From the NCBI GenBank assembly GCA_964644695.1, contig CAZXWN010000007.1, positions 26,610 through 90,609 on the forward strand: a stretch of DNA of 64,000 nt, in the 5' to 3' direction. A program made the translations under genes and the position numbers. This DNA comes from an uncultured bacterium (lineage in GTDB: Bacteria; UBP4; UBA4092). A model generated the notes under the pieces. It was not told the origin of the DNA, searched no databases, and saw only the letters and a program-made list of their open reading frames with translations. The first letter of the stretch is position 1; every line of letters begins with the position of its first letter. This document shows, piece by piece, positions 1 through 11,019 of this stretch.

Positions 1-1174
1 ACTTCAAGATTCCTGCGAACTTCGGAGCCGACTCTTCCAACGCCTCAAATGAACCACCCCGTTTTTTCAGAGGGTCCTCGACCCATTCGTCATACCGTCG
101 GAGAGACAGGCGAAGAATATATTCTTCGTCCCATTTTTCAACCGCCGCTAAGGCCTCACGCGTATCGATCCGTCCCCGGTTATTGATATCCAGGTAATCT
201 TCATACACCTTTGGATCACTAGGATACTCAGAGAACAAAATCACATTTAAGTCGTATTTCAGAGCGGAGCGGTGCCGGGCGGCAATACGGTATCTCTCCC
301 AGTCCGTCTCCTTCTCCCTGATGTAGAATGAATCCATATCCCCTCGAAGAGTTGAACCGTAATCATACTGAAGCCCGATTCCATAAGCAAAACCTTGTTC
401 ACTGTAATAATCCAGTTTAGGGATAAATCTGAGGGTGTCATCGGCCCATAACTTATACTGAGCTTTGACATAAGGCCCCAGACGGCTGGAACGACCTACT
501 TCCCAATCAAATCGTGAGTCTTTATCATCAAATTTGCGCGAATATCGGGGCCACCAGGCTACGGGAGTATTCCCTACATAAAAGACAATGTCTTTGGCAA
601 TCATTTTATCTTTATAGAGGGTGAGTGTTTTTGCTTTGAAATAATAATGAGGATGTTCCAGTCCACAGGTGGTGAAAGTTCCTTCTTTAACAACCTGCAT
701 ATCACGACTTAACTGGCGTGCCACCGTTGCCCGGATATAGAGAGGGTCAATGTAAGTTCTTGCTCCGTAGATAACGCCTTCTTCAGAGTCCAAATTATAC
801 TCGACCGCGTAGGCTTTCATTTTATAGGTCGTGCCGCCGGCTTCGGGAACGAAGGTATAGACAAGGTTTCCTTCAGCACGGAAGGTTTTCAGTTTACTGT
901 TATAAAAGACTTCGTCGGCTTCCAGCGTGTCATTGCCATAAGAAAGAACCACATTTCCATGACCGTGAACAATTCCAGACTGGTCCTCATAAGAAAATAA
1001 ATCAGAATGAAGGATATGAAGCGGTCCGCGGTATTTAGCGGCGGGGAGTTTGAAGCCACCCATGGCTTCTGAGGAGGGATCTCCATTGCGGTCTTTTGCG
1101 GAAACTATTGAGGTTCCCAAAACCATTAATAAAATGGCTGGTACCAGCCAATATAACAGTGTCTTAGATTTCAT
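1..1174 (-). CDS. lptD: LptD/OstA-like LPS assembly outer-membrane protein (5' part only; the gene runs off the window's left edge)
   Basis: Manual minus-strand translation from the ATG at 1174 gives MKSKTLLYWLVPAILLMVLGTSIVSA (signal peptide) followed by an OstA-like N-terminal region (HGHGNVVLSYGNDTLEADEV). The frame stays open to position 1, so the ORF is absent from the track because it has no in-window stop. It lies directly downstream of an lptF/G-like gene. Confidence 0.55.
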   Translation of the reverse strand, partial: MKSKTLLYWLVPAILLMVLGTSIVSAKDRNGDPSSEAMGGFKLPAAKYRGPLHILHSDLFSYEDQSGIVHGHGNVVLSYGNDTLEADEVFYNSKLKTFRAEGNLVYTFVPEAGGTTYKMKAYAVEYNLDSEEGVIYGARTYIDPLYIRATVARQLSRDMQVVKEGTFTTCGLEHPHYYFKAKTLTLYKDKMIAKDIVFYVGNTPVAWWPRYSRKFDDKDSRFDWEVGRSSRLGPYVKAQYKLWADDTLRFIPKLDYYSEQGFAYGIGLQYDYGSTLRGDMDSFYIREKETDWERYRIAARHRSALKYDLNVILFSEYPSDPKVYEDYLDINNRGRIDTREALAAVEKWDEEYILRLSLRRYDEWVEDPLKKRGGSFEALEESAPKFAGILK

Positions 1175-1182
1175 CTGTATTC

Positions 1183-2280
1183 TCATTGTCGGCACATCTT
1201 CCAGGTCAGCCACACACCCAGTCCACCCAGGACGATGTTTGGCAACCACACAGAGTATTCCGGAGGCAGTATCCCCCGAATTCCTAATGATTCTCCCACG
1301 GACATCAGTATCCAGTAAACCCCGATAAGGATCACCCCGAAGAAAAATCCAAGAGTCTTATTTTTCAAATGAACCATCGCACCCAGTGATATTCCCATCA
1401 AGGTAACTACCAGGCAAGAGAACGGCATGGAAAACCGCTTCATGTATTCTACTCTTAATTTACGCTGTTCTTTACCTTCTTTTTTGCTGATGGCTGATTT
1501 TAATTCAGATAAATTTAGTTCCTGAGGTTTCCGGTTTTCATTTCCCGGCATTTTGAGAATCCGGCCCAGGTTTTCTGTTGAAGTCCATTGTCCGAATGTC
1601 GCAATATAAAAATGGGTAATGTCTTTTTGGTCGGCACTGTAATAAGTTCCCTCATTCAAAGCCATATGAATAGCACTGTTTTCGATATCCACATCCACCT
1701 GGCCATCCCGAGCCGTCAACATCTGCTGTATCTGGTTATCTTTAGTGTAGAAGAGGGTAACTCCTTTATAAAATCCGGGTTTCTCACCGCGTTCCCGGAC
1801 ATAAACCATGAGATTATTACCAAAAGGATTGAAGGTATTTGTTTTGAGTTGAGTGGTCATCTGGGCGGCAACGGTAAACATGGTCTTACGGAAAGCACTG
1901 TAAGTCCAGGGAACCAGAAAAGTAGTACAGTACATTACCAGCAGGGTGGAAACCACGGCAACCACGAGAAGGGGTTTAATAATACGGAAAGGATTAATAC
2001 CGCTGGTGCGCATAATCAAGAGTTCACGGTCGGAACTCCATCGGGAGAAAACCGTCAGACAGGCAATCATCAACCCCATCGGCAGCGTCATTGTCATTAC
2101 GAAGGGAAGTAACAGGCAAATCACCTGTACCACAACCCCATAATCCACATCCTGAACATTTAAAAGAACAACTAAATCGTCCAGCCGACGACTCAGCAGA
2201 ACGAATGTAAATAAAAAGAGGGATAATCCCAAGGGGTTAAATAGTTCACCCAGAACATAACGGTGTAAACGCTTCATCAT
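1183..2280 (-). CDS. LptF/LptG (YjgP/YjgQ) family LPS export permease
   Basis: 365 aa with N-terminal TM helices, a periplasmic beta-jellyroll-like middle region and C-terminal TM helices, the YjgP/YjgQ architecture. Adjacent to the lptD-like gene. Confidence 0.65.
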   Translation of the reverse strand: MMKRLHRYVLGELFNPLGLSLFLFTFVLLSRRLDDLVVLLNVQDVDYGVVVQVICLLLPFVMTMTLPMGLMIACLTVFSRWSSDRELLIMRTSGINPFRIIKPLLVVAVVSTLLVMYCTTFLVPWTYSAFRKTMFTVAAQMTTQLKTNTFNPFGNNLMVYVRERGEKPGFYKGVTLFYTKDNQIQQMLTARDGQVDVDIENSAIHMALNEGTYYSADQKDITHFYIATFGQWTSTENLGRILKMPGNENRKPQELNLSELKSAISKKEGKEQRKLRVEYMKRFSMPFSCLVVTLMGISLGAMVHLKNKTLGFFFGVILIGVYWILMSVGESLGIRGILPPEYSVWLPNIVLGGLGVWLTWKMCRQ

Positions 2281-2327
2281 TAAAGGAGATTATACCGTAC
2301 CCGACCTTCTCCATAAAGGAAGGAATA

Positions 2328-3125
2328 CTATCCGAGGTTATAAACTTCCTTACCTTCGGGTGTTTTTCCGACCAGCTCCAGTAGATAAATTTCTTTCTCA
2401 TCTACCTTAAAGGAAGGATTAAATCGGAACAGTCCATCGATCAATTCCAATCGCCGGGACAGTGTGGAGGCTTCTTTCGCATGGCACCACTGCTGTAATG
2501 TCACCAGGTGCTGCGACCCCTGACCCATGAAGAATTCTTCCCAAATCCGGTCTTTTTCGGCATTTTCAGGGTCCGCCAATTCAGCCTTCAAGGTTTTGAT
2601 TTCTTCACTGTATCGGGCCAGGTGAGTACTGAGAAAGGGGAACTTCAGGGCATGTTCACAGACTCTTTTTGAATAAGACCGGGCACCCAGAACAGTATAG
2701 ATACTCGTCAGAAGTAAATACGCCTGCCCCGCACCTAATCGGCTGAAATGGGTATCATTTAATTTTTCCAACCAACCCCGGTCCCGGATATCCCGGAGGT
2801 ATTCCCTGACAATAGCGGTAGCGGCATCTTCATCTTTTGTGCTGGCCAAAAATCGCGCATATTCGACCCGGACAGGCATGGTCGCTCGAGGGTATTCCTT
2901 CAGAAAATAATCCATGTACTTACCCGCTGAGGACATCTGGAACTCACACATGGACAGTAAACCCCATCCCAACAGAAACTCCCGTTCTGGAACTTCTTTT
3001 TCCCAGGTCTGGATCACTTCATCCATAATGGACTGGCAGGTGGATTCATCCTGCTTTTGCAGGGCAGCTTGCAAGTCACTTCTGACTATCTCATAGTCTC
3101 GTTTTTTTGACTTAAAAAATGACAT
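2328..3125 (-). CDS. hypothetical protein
   Basis: 265 aa ORF with no recognisable motif. Co-directional and upstream of the lptFG-like gene. Confidence 0.4.
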   Translation of the reverse strand: MSFFKSKKRDYEIVRSDLQAALQKQDESTCQSIMDEVIQTWEKEVPEREFLLGWGLLSMCEFQMSSAGKYMDYFLKEYPRATMPVRVEYARFLASTKDEDAATAIVREYLRDIRDRGWLEKLNDTHFSRLGAGQAYLLLTSIYTVLGARSYSKRVCEHALKFPFLSTHLARYSEEIKTLKAELADPENAEKDRIWEEFFMGQGSQHLVTLQQWCHAKEASTLSRRLELIDGLFRFNPSFKVDEKEIYLLELVGKTPEGKEVYNLG

Positions 3126-3402
3126 ATTATTATCCTGCCTTTTCCCGGGACACCAGATTAAATCCCTTATGGGACCGTTACAATCCGTCTACCCAATTTG
3201 TTTATGTTCATATTGTACAAAAAAACGCTGTAAAGTATTACCTAATAATACCTTTTTCATCATCTTTTCTTAATATTAGCCCTAACTTAACATATTCCAT
3301 GTGTTTCAGGGACATTTTGGGTTTTTTACCTAATTTGGGGAGAAAAATATAATGTAGAATAATTCAGTTGCCATAACCCACTACCAAAAGGAAACTGTAT
3401 CC

Positions 3403-4758
3403 ATGAATCTTGAATCCTTCTTTCAACTCAAAGAACGTGGCACAGATGTCAGGACCGAAGTCTTTGCAGGTCTGACTACTTTTATGACGATGGCCTATAT
3501 CATCTTCGTAAATCCCCAGATTTTATCGAATGCAGGGCTCCCCGTTTCTGCCACAATGTCTGCTACCTGCCTGGCCGCGGGTATTATGTGTATCGCTATG
3601 GGGATATTTACGAATTTCCCCATCACGATGGCGGCCGGCATGGGACTTAATGCCGCGGTGGCCTTTCAATTAGTCATTGGAAGTGGACTAACGTATCAAA
3701 GCGCCATGGGAATCATTGTCATGGAGGGTGTATTGATTACCCTTCTAGTTTTGACTGGATTTCGTCAGGCCGTCATGAATGCTATTCCGGTGGAATTAAA
3801 GAAGGCCATTGGTGCAGGGATTGGGTTATTTATTGCCTTCATTGGATTTCAGGAAGCCGGTTTTATCGTCAAAAACGACGCTACAATGGTAAGTCTGGGT
3901 TCATTTAATACCTGGGCAGTCCTAGTCACCGTTATCGGGTTCTTCTTTACAGCAGCATTATTAGCCAGGAAAATCCATGGGGCTTTGTTATATGGGATCC
4001 TTGGCACTACTGCTCTATCTATTGTCATCAACTTTTTAACCGGCGGAACCGCCTTCCCAATTCAAGGGCAGGCTGTCATTCCGAGAAGTTTATTTCAAAT
4101 GCCTGACTTCTCCACTCTGGGCCAGTTTGATTTGAATGCCATCAGTCAACTCGGTATTATTGCGACAAGTCTGCTGGTATTCTCCATTATGTTATCCGAC
4201 TTTTTCGATACAATGGGTTCCGTTATCGCCATCGGAGTTAAGGCGAATCTTCTGGACAAAAACGGTAATTTCCCGAAATCTGAAAAGGTTTTATTAGTTG
4301 ATTCTCTCGGCGCTGTTGCAGGGGGTGTCATGTGTACCGCTTCCAATACCTGTTATGTTGAAGCCGCCAGTGGAGTCACCCAGGGTGGGCGCACAGGGCT
4401 AATGCCTGTCGTTACCGGTATTCTCTTCCTGCTGGCAATGTTCTTTACTCCGATTGCTGGAATCGTTCCTGCAGCGGCCACAGCACCGGCCTTGATTTTA
4501 GTTGGATTTCTGATGCTTTCTGTCATTCATGATATTGACTTCACCTGCTTCTACACAGGTTTTCCTGCCTTTTTAACCCTGTTAGGTATGCCTTTTACCT
4601 ATAGCATTTCTAATGGAATCGGATTCGGATTCATTGCGTATGCCCTGACTCATTTGTTAACAGGAAAAGGAAAACAGGTTCATGGCATGGTTTATTTGAT
4701 TGCTTTTGTCTTCAGCATCGATTTCATGTTGCCCTGGATTCATAGTTTATTGAAGTAA
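3403..4758 (+). CDS. NCS2 family purine permease (AzgA/PbuG-like adenine/guanine/hypoxanthine permease)
   Basis: N-terminal FQLKERGTDVRTEVFAGLTTFMTMAYIIFVNPQIL is the hallmark N-terminus of the AzgA/PbuG subfamily. 451 aa polytopic membrane protein. Confidence 0.85.
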   Translation: MNLESFFQLKERGTDVRTEVFAGLTTFMTMAYIIFVNPQILSNAGLPVSATMSATCLAAGIMCIAMGIFTNFPITMAAGMGLNAAVAFQLVIGSGLTYQSAMGIIVMEGVLITLLVLTGFRQAVMNAIPVELKKAIGAGIGLFIAFIGFQEAGFIVKNDATMVSLGSFNTWAVLVTVIGFFFTAALLARKIHGALLYGILGTTALSIVINFLTGGTAFPIQGQAVIPRSLFQMPDFSTLGQFDLNAISQLGIIATSLLVFSIMLSDFFDTMGSVIAIGVKANLLDKNGNFPKSEKVLLVDSLGAVAGGVMCTASNTCYVEAASGVTQGGRTGLMPVVTGILFLLAMFFTPIAGIVPAAATAPALILVGFLMLSVIHDIDFTCFYTGFPAFLTLLGMPFTYSISNGIGFGFIAYALTHLLTGKGKQVHGMVYLIAFVFSIDFMLPWIHSLLK

Positions 4759-4781
4759 GTCCCCTGTTCATACATAAAACA

Positions 4782-4815
4782 AAAGGGATGGTTGATTTAA
4801 CCATCCCTTTTTCTA
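4782..4815. terminator. rho-independent terminator (probably bidirectional) between convergent genes
   Basis: AAAGGGATGGTT-gattt-AACCATCCCTTT stem-loop followed by TTTTC on the + strand, and by a T-rich run on the complement. Confidence 0.6.
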
Positions 4816-4836
4816 TGAAGACCGGTTTATACCGGA

Positions 4837-5445
4837 TTATTGGCTGGATGAAGGTTCTTTTTGAGTCCGGATTATATTGCCTGGGCTGACAGTACCATTT
4901 GAAGGATCATAAGCCACCATCGGGTTCCAGGACACATCTGGTCCGATACATAAAATCCGCCACTCCCCAAAGGCACCAGAGGCCCCCTTGTCTGCCCCAT
5001 ATTTTCCCGCAAGCACAGAATACAGGAGCGCCTTTTGTTCCAGTTCGGCAATATTTTCATAACTGTACCGCCGCCAGATGTTATCGGGAAAATCATTCAT
5101 TCTGGATTTATCTCCGCCAAAAGGACATTTCAAATCGGCAGAACTCAGGTAGGCTACCGGAGTACTTAAACTATCGGGAAGATACCACCATTTCAAATTA
5201 CTCCCGGATAGAGGCCCCACACCTCCGGCGAATCCCGGAACAATCATGGTTGGAGCAGCATTAGTGTCCACGCGGTAGCTCTCCAGTGCTGTTACAACAC
5301 TTCTTAAATCCGCCTGAGCCCGTGATACCTTGGCTCTTGTCTGGGCCGCCATAAAATTTGGGATGGCGATTGCCGCCAGGATGGCAATAATGGCTACCAC
5401 GATCAATAATTCAATCAAGGTAAATCCTTGATGAAACACTTTCAC
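4837..5445 (-). CDS. prepilin-type N-terminal cleavage/methylation domain protein (pseudopilin/type IV pilin-like)
   Basis: N-terminus QGFTLIELLIVVAIIAILAAIAIP is the class III signal peptide / N-methylation motif. Confidence 0.7.
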   Translation of the reverse strand: MKVFHQGFTLIELLIVVAIIAILAAIAIPNFMAAQTRAKVSRAQADLRSVVTALESYRVDTNAAPTMIVPGFAGGVGPLSGSNLKWWYLPDSLSTPVAYLSSADLKCPFGGDKSRMNDFPDNIWRRYSYENIAELEQKALLYSVLAGKYGADKGASGAFGEWRILCIGPDVSWNPMVAYDPSNGTVSPGNIIRTQKEPSSSQ

Positions 5446-5465
5446 AACGAATCACCTCCCTTCTA

Positions 5466-5500
5466 AATAAAAAAACCAGTCTGCAACACATGCAGACTGG
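5466..5500 (-). terminator. rho-independent terminator downstream of the GH20-like gene (minus strand)
   Basis: Perfect 10-bp stem CCAGTCTGCA-acaca-TGCAGACTGG followed on the minus strand by TTTTTTTTATT. Confidence 0.65.
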
Positions 5501-5524
5501 TTTTAATTCTAACAAGATATTTAT

Positions 5525-7153
5525 TTACTTAATAACTGTCCCGCTTACGGAAACCTCTCCACCAATTTTAATCTTGCTTCCCGGTTTAGAGGTTACTACA
5601 GCTGAGGAGGCAACGGGGTTTTTCTGGCCATACTTAAATCCTTTGAAGGATGTCCAGAATTCATCACTCGCATTATAACCAAGTTCCGTATGTTTATCAT
5701 ATCTGCCAGACCAGGAATATTCCCCCGCCAACAAGTATGCAACAAACTGGTCATAACAACTTGTATTATCTTCGATTGAGAAGTTAAACCCTGCCCATGT
5801 GGTTTGTAATAAGCCCAAGGATTTAGTATCAATGGCTTGCTTGGTAAAGTGCCGGATATTATCAGGGCCATACCATGTAGAAGCAATCACTGGGAACCCT
5901 TCTTTATTAAAGATATTCAGGGATTTGTATCTTTCCGGGTACGCACTTGCATAGTGCCAATCGCAGATATAGAACTTTGCAGCTTTGGGTTCAGATTCCA
6001 GGTCTTTCAACAGCTTCCGCAAGGCAATAGCATCTTCCCTGGATTTCGCCATGCAAGCATCAGGAGAGTCGCCCCAACACAGCATCGTATCGCCCCAAAG
6101 CATCACATCAATACCTTTTCCCTTGAAATAAGCGGCATTCCGTTTCAAGTCTCTTTCCAGTAATTCGCGGGTACTGTCCGCTTTGGATCTGCCAGGGAAT
6201 TTTACATAATTCGGAAGGTCTGGCTCATCATGCCCAATATGGAAATATTTGGGTTTGAATATATCAATGACTTCATCATATAAATCAAAGAGAAATCTGT
6301 ATGTCGAGTCATTATCGATATAGATAGCATACGGAAGCGCCCCTTCCTTAGTAGGACTGGGGTCTTCTGCCAAATCTAAATGGTGCCCGGTTTTAAAAAT
6401 CCATTCCGCATGTCCAGGGGTATTGACCATCGGAGCTACTTCAATATAGCGGTCTTTAGCATACGCCAACAGCTCTTTGATTTCAGACTGGCGTTCACCC
6501 ATTGGTTCATACCAGAGTTCGGGATGAGACTTGAACTCCATAAAATCAAGTTGGAGAACCAGATTGTTCATCTTGTAATAGGCCATGGTGTCCAGCAGGG
6601 CCTTTTGTTCTTTCAAGGCGTTTTTTCCAGTAAACACATGGGCACCACGATAGGCAAGTTTGGGATAGTCTTCTACTTTGACCAGGGGAAGTACAGCTTT
6701 CCCACCCTGATTTTTCAGGAGTTGCCGCAGTGTCATTAGACCATAAAACAACCCTTGATTATCCCGGGCAATCAAAGTGATGCCGTTTTTTGTGACTGAT
6801 AAGGCATAACCCTCTTTGTTTTCAGGAACAATCAAACCCTCTTTAGATGCTTTTTGAGCTACATCCGGCTTATATCCGATAACACCCAGATATACAAACT
6901 GCGCTTTTTTATCTTCGACAGGTGAAATCTTATATATATCTTCCCGGAAACTCCGGACCGCTTTCGCGAGACGGTCATCCTTGGAGTCATATTGAAGTAA
7001 TGCGATAAAATTGCCCTTCACATCCAAAACTCCTCCGGGTAAAACCGTCATTTTCTGGGGTTGGGGGATCACCACGGGGTTGGTTGGTTTCGCTGCCATA
7101 GCAAACACAGTGAATAACGAACAGAGAATCAACGTTGATAAGAATCGCTTCAT
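5525..7153 (-). CDS. secreted glycoside hydrolase, GH20 (beta-N-acetylhexosaminidase)-like
   Basis: Signal peptide. DYPKLAYRGAHV, NTPGHAEW and YFHIGHDEP segments parallel the GH20 catalytic-domain motifs (D.PrF.YRG, PE.D.PGH, H.GGDE), with the usual GGDE altered to GHDE. Confidence 0.5.
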   Translation of the reverse strand: MKRFLSTLILCSLFTVFAMAAKPTNPVVIPQPQKMTVLPGGVLDVKGNFIALLQYDSKDDRLAKAVRSFREDIYKISPVEDKKAQFVYLGVIGYKPDVAQKASKEGLIVPENKEGYALSVTKNGITLIARDNQGLFYGLMTLRQLLKNQGGKAVLPLVKVEDYPKLAYRGAHVFTGKNALKEQKALLDTMAYYKMNNLVLQLDFMEFKSHPELWYEPMGERQSEIKELLAYAKDRYIEVAPMVNTPGHAEWIFKTGHHLDLAEDPSPTKEGALPYAIYIDNDSTYRFLFDLYDEVIDIFKPKYFHIGHDEPDLPNYVKFPGRSKADSTRELLERDLKRNAAYFKGKGIDVMLWGDTMLCWGDSPDACMAKSREDAIALRKLLKDLESEPKAAKFYICDWHYASAYPERYKSLNIFNKEGFPVIASTWYGPDNIRHFTKQAIDTKSLGLLQTTWAGFNFSIEDNTSCYDQFVAYLLAGEYSWSGRYDKHTELGYNASDEFWTSFKGFKYGQKNPVASSAVVTSKPGSKIKIGGEVSVSGTVIK

Positions 7154-7227
7154 AGACTAATTCCTCCTCATATTATTGGCAAAAGTATAACATTAACGAG
7201 GACATTATCTATCAAAGAAAATCGGTT

Positions 7228-7404
7228 CTAATGAAAAAAGTAGAAGTATCCAGCCCCACCGAGGATGGTGAGGATTAGAAAAGACCATAAAATGAAAGCC
7301 ATAAAGGCCTTCATCATCTTATAACCCAGATAGGACAATAGTATGGCACCAGCAGCAATAACGGACCATACAAGGGGTGAAAAGTGTAAATTATGTATAT
7401 TCAT
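7228..7404 (-). CDS. small hypothetical membrane protein (58 aa)
   Basis: Manual translation gives MNIHNLHFSPLVWSVIAAGAILLSYLGYKMMKAFMAFILWSFLILTILGGAGYFYFFH, two hydrophobic helices. Below the ORF-track length cutoff. Confidence 0.25.
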   Translation of the reverse strand: MNIHNLHFSPLVWSVIAAGAILLSYLGYKMMKAFMAFILWSFLILTILGGAGYFYFFH

Positions 7405-7565
7405 TATTAATATCTTAATTCAATCTAATTTGTATGGACAATCTATACATGCCTGAAATCAGCATTTTCCTTGTAAATCCGGTAGAATATAGTATAGATT
7501 TCTTGACCGCAAGGCCATTATCCACCTATCATTATAGTTTTGAGACTAATTAAGGATATAAACCT

Positions 7566-9038
7566 ATGAATCTTGCCGGATTAAGTGCCCACCAACTACA
7601 TGAGATGCTAAAAAAGGGCGACACAACCGTTACAGATATTACTAAATCGGTAGTCGCTCAAATTGACCGGGTCGAGGATAAGGTAAACGCCTTTGTTACC
7701 CTGACCAAGGATGCTGCCCTTGAACAGGCTGCAAATCTGGATAAGGAAATCAAAAACGGCCGTGAGATCAAACCTCTGACCGGTATTCCATTCGCTGTGA
7801 AGGATGTCCTTTGCGTGAATGGATTACGAACCACTTGTGGTTCAAAGATCCTCGAGAATTTTGTGCCTCCCTACACTGGCACCGCCATGCAGAATTTGAT
7901 TAACGAAGGAACCGTCATCCTGGGTAAAGTAAATATGGATGAATTTGCCATGGGTTCCTCCACGGAAACCTCCCATTACGGCATTACTCGGAATCCATGG
8001 GATTTAGACGCCATCCCGGGTGGAAGTTCCGGGGGGTCTGCTGCCGCTGTCGCTGCGGATGAATGTATTATCTCCATCGGAACCGATACAGGTGGATCCA
8101 TCCGTCAACCAGGTTCCTGCTGCGGTATTGTTGGTCTGAAACCCACCTACGGCAGAGTATCACGGTTCGGTCTGGTAGCCTACGCATCATCACTGGACTG
8201 TATCGGGCCCATGACAAAAGATGTGACCGATGCCGCCTTAATGATGAATGTCATTGCCGGGCAGGACAAAATGGACTCTACTTCCGCAAACCTGCCAGTC
8301 CCAGATTACACCAAGTCCTTAATCAATAATGTCAAAGGTCTTAAACTCGGTATCCCCAAGGAGTATTTCATTGGCGGTCTTGAACCGGGTGTGGAAAAGG
8401 CAGTCAGGGAAGCCATCAAGACTCTGGAATCCCTGGGTGCACAGACCGTCGAAATCAGCTTGCCCCACACTGAATATGCCGTAGCCACTTATTATCTGAT
8501 AGCAACCGCCGAAGCCTCATCTAACCTGGCCCGGTATGATGCCGTCAAATACGGTTACCGGACGAATGATTATAAAGACCTGATGGATATGTACCTCAAA
8601 TCCCGCGCCGAAGGATTCGGTAAGGAAGTGAAACGTCGTATTATCCTCGGGACTCATGTTCTCTCCTCAGGATATTATGATGCGTATTACCTCAAAGCCC
8701 AACAGGTTCGTACTCTCATTCGTCAGGACTTTGAAAAAGCCTTTGAACAGTGTGATGTCATTCTCACTCCAACCGCACCGACGGTTGCCTTCAAAATCGG
8801 CGCCAAGATGGATGACCCTCTCCAGATGTACCTGTCCGATATCTTCACTATCTCCATCAATTTAGGCGGTATTCCGGCCATGAATGTTCCTTGCGGTTTT
8901 GTTGATGGAATGCCGGTGGGTCTCCAGATCATGGGTCGTCATTTTGATGAAGAAATGATATTCCGTGTAGCTTACACTTACGAACAAAACACTGATTTCC
9001 ATACTAAAAAATCCCCTGTCGCGGAGATGGGAAAATAA
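7566..9038 (+). CDS. gatA: Asp-tRNA(Asn)/Glu-tRNA(Gln) amidotransferase subunit A
   Basis: Amidase signature [13 protein letters not shown], length 490 aa, immediately followed by gatB. Confidence 0.95.
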   Translation: MNLAGLSAHQLHEMLKKGDTTVTDITKSVVAQIDRVEDKVNAFVTLTKDAALEQAANLDKEIKNGREIKPLTGIPFAVKDVLCVNGLRTTCGSKILENFVPPYTGTAMQNLINEGTVILGKVNMDEFAMGSSTETSHYGITRNPWDLDAIPGGSSGGSAAAVAADECIISIGTDTGGSIRQPGSCCGIVGLKPTYGRVSRFGLVAYASSLDCIGPMTKDVTDAALMMNVIAGQDKMDSTSANLPVPDYTKSLINNVKGLKLGIPKEYFIGGLEPGVEKAVREAIKTLESLGAQTVEISLPHTEYAVATYYLIATAEASSNLARYDAVKYGYRTNDYKDLMDMYLKSRAEGFGKEVKRRIILGTHVLSSGYYDAYYLKAQQVRTLIRQDFEKAFEQCDVILTPTAPTVAFKIGAKMDDPLQMYLSDIFTISINLGGIPAMNVPCGFVDGMPVGLQIMGRHFDEEMIFRVAYTYEQNTDFHTKKSPVAEMGK

Positions 9039-9040
9039 CC

Positions 9041-10468
9041 ATGCAATACGAAGCAGTCATCGGGCTGGAAGTCCACGCCCAACTTAACACGAAATCAAAG
9101 ATTTTCTGTTCCTGCTCAACAACTTTTGGTCAGGAACCCAATTCCAACCTATGCCCCATTTGTGCAGGATACCCTGGTGTGTTGCCCGTCCTGAATGAGC
9201 AGGTGTTACGCAAATCCATCATGACCGGACTGGCACTCAACTGTAAAATAGCTTCCTTCTCCCGGTTTGCCCGGAAGAATTACTTCTATCCTGACCTGCC
9301 GAAGAATTTCCAGGTATCCCAGTACGAACTGCCGATTTGCTATGACGGACATATTGTCATCCAGACCGAGAACGGCCCCAAACGAATTGGGATTACCCGC
9401 GCTCACATGGAAGAAGATGCCGGCAAACTCATCCACTCCGGATATGGTTATTCTCAGGTTGATTTAAATCGTACGGGTGTCCCTCTACTGGAAATCGTTT
9501 CCGAACCCGATATTCGGACTCCTGACGAAGCCAAAGAATACATGCAGATGCTCTGCACCATTCTTAAATATTTGGATGTGTGTGACGGTAACATGGAAGA
9601 AGGTTCTCTCCGGTGTGACGCCAACGTCTCCATACGCCCTGTGGGCCAGAAAGAATTCGGAACCAAGGCTGAAGTCAAAAACATCAATTCCTTTAACTTC
9701 GTGAAAAAGGCTCTGGAATATGAGATCCAGAGACAAATTGAGTTAATTGAAGACGGTGGAAAAGTCGTTCAGGAAACCCGTCTGTTTGATTCAAACAGAA
9801 ATGTAACGGAATCCATGCGGTCCAAAGAACAGGCCCATGATTATCGGTATTTTCCAGAACCAGACCTGGTTCCTATCGAAGTCTCGGAAGAATATATTGA
9901 AGATATCCGAAAGACCCTTCCTGAATTACCGACAGCCCGTTGTGAACGGTTTGTTAAAGAATATGCAATCCCTGAATATGACGCTCAAATTCTGACGGTC
10001 ACCCGGCCGACAGCGGATTACTATGAAGAGGCTGTCAAACTTCATAATAATCCAAAAGCCATATCGAACTGGATCATGGCCGAACTGCTTCGTGAATGCA
10101 GTGGAAAAGAAAGAGCCGTATCTGACTTCCCCTTGCAGACCAAACAGCTGGCGGAACTTGTTAAACTGATTGATAATCAGACCATCTCCGGCAAAATCGC
10201 CAAGAATGTATTTACCGACATCCTCCGGACCGATATTATGCCGGAAGCCTACGTCAAAGAAAAAGGGTTGGTCCAGATTACAGATACCGCAGCGATTGAA
10301 ACAATGATTGACGGTGTTATTGCCGCAAACCCCAATGCCGTAGCTGAATATAAGGGCGGTAAAGAAGGCGCCATCAATTCACTGGTGGGTCAGGCAATGA
10401 AGGCCTCCAAAGGAAAAGCAAACCCTCAAATCGTTCGGGAACTTCTCCTTAAAAAACTGGCTCAGTAA
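9041..10468 (+). CDS. gatB: Asp-tRNA(Asn)/Glu-tRNA(Gln) amidotransferase subunit B
   Basis: N-terminus MQYEAVIGLEVHAQLNTKSKIFC and C-terminal GatB/YqeY domain. 475 aa. Confidence 0.95.
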   Translation: MQYEAVIGLEVHAQLNTKSKIFCSCSTTFGQEPNSNLCPICAGYPGVLPVLNEQVLRKSIMTGLALNCKIASFSRFARKNYFYPDLPKNFQVSQYELPICYDGHIVIQTENGPKRIGITRAHMEEDAGKLIHSGYGYSQVDLNRTGVPLLEIVSEPDIRTPDEAKEYMQMLCTILKYLDVCDGNMEEGSLRCDANVSIRPVGQKEFGTKAEVKNINSFNFVKKALEYEIQRQIELIEDGGKVVQETRLFDSNRNVTESMRSKEQAHDYRYFPEPDLVPIEVSEEYIEDIRKTLPELPTARCERFVKEYAIPEYDAQILTVTRPTADYYEEAVKLHNNPKAISNWIMAELLRECSGKERAVSDFPLQTKQLAELVKLIDNQTISGKIAKNVFTDILRTDIMPEAYVKEKGLVQITDTAAIETMIDGVIAANPNAVAEYKGGKEGAINSLVGQAMKASKGKANPQIVRELLLKKLAQ

Positions 10469-10495
10469 TTAGTTACCACATAAACAGTTCTTCCA

Positions 10496-10531
10496 AAGCG
10501 ATGCAGTGCTCCTGCATCGCTTTTATTTTTA
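10496..10531 (+). terminator. rho-independent terminator after gatB
   Basis: AAGCGATGCAG-tgctc-CTGCATCGCTT followed by TTTATTTTT. Confidence 0.7.
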
Positions 10532-10578
10532 TCCGTATAATGTTATAGTAACGATACTTAACTTGGGAGGGTTCTTTA

Positions 10579-11019
10579 ATGATACGTCAAAACATCTGGT
10601 TAATCGTCACCATAGTACTGGGGACTGAGGTTATCATCTGGGCTTTGTATCTTTACTGGGCAAGTCGGGTTGTCGAGAAAATCAAAACACAATGCAGCCA
10701 GCAAGGGGAAAACATCCTCATCGGACCTGGGAAGGCCACCTATCAGGGATGGACCAAAAGATTTGGTATTGCGAAGACGATGGGACGAATAGCCCTGACT
10801 GAAAAAAGGCTCTTATTTAAAAGACCTCTGAAGGCAGATATAAACATTCCTTTGGATGAAGTCCTGTCTGTTTCTGATACGGTTCAATGCCTCAAAATAA
10901 AACATACCTCCTCGTCTTATTTGTCCCTCGTATTAAAAGATAAGACGGAGATAGTCTTTCTGGTTCACAATCAAAAAGAGTGGATCAGCAATATCCAGTC
11001 ACGGATAAAGACTACTTAG
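10579..11019 (+). CDS. hypothetical membrane-anchored protein (possible bacterial PH-like domain)
   Basis: N-terminal TM helix, 146 aa, no catalytic motifs. Confidence 0.4.
   Translation: MIRQNIWLIVTIVLGTEVIIWALYLYWASRVVEKIKTQCSQQGENILIGPGKATYQGWTKRFGIAKTMGRIALTEKRLLFKRPLKADINIPLDEVLSVSDTVQCLKIKHTSSSYLSLVLKDKTEIVFLVHNQKEWISNIQSRIKTT

Noticed and set aside
1588-2143. 174-aa and 65-aa plus-strand ORFs inside the lptF/G-like gene
   Set aside because: Antisense to a well-supported membrane-protein gene, and Gly/His/Asn-rich with no motif.
5596-6739. ORFs 5596..5886 (-), 5837..6163 (+), 6380..6739 (+) within the GH20-like gene
   Set aside because: Alternative-frame or antisense ORFs inside a longer, motif-supported CDS.
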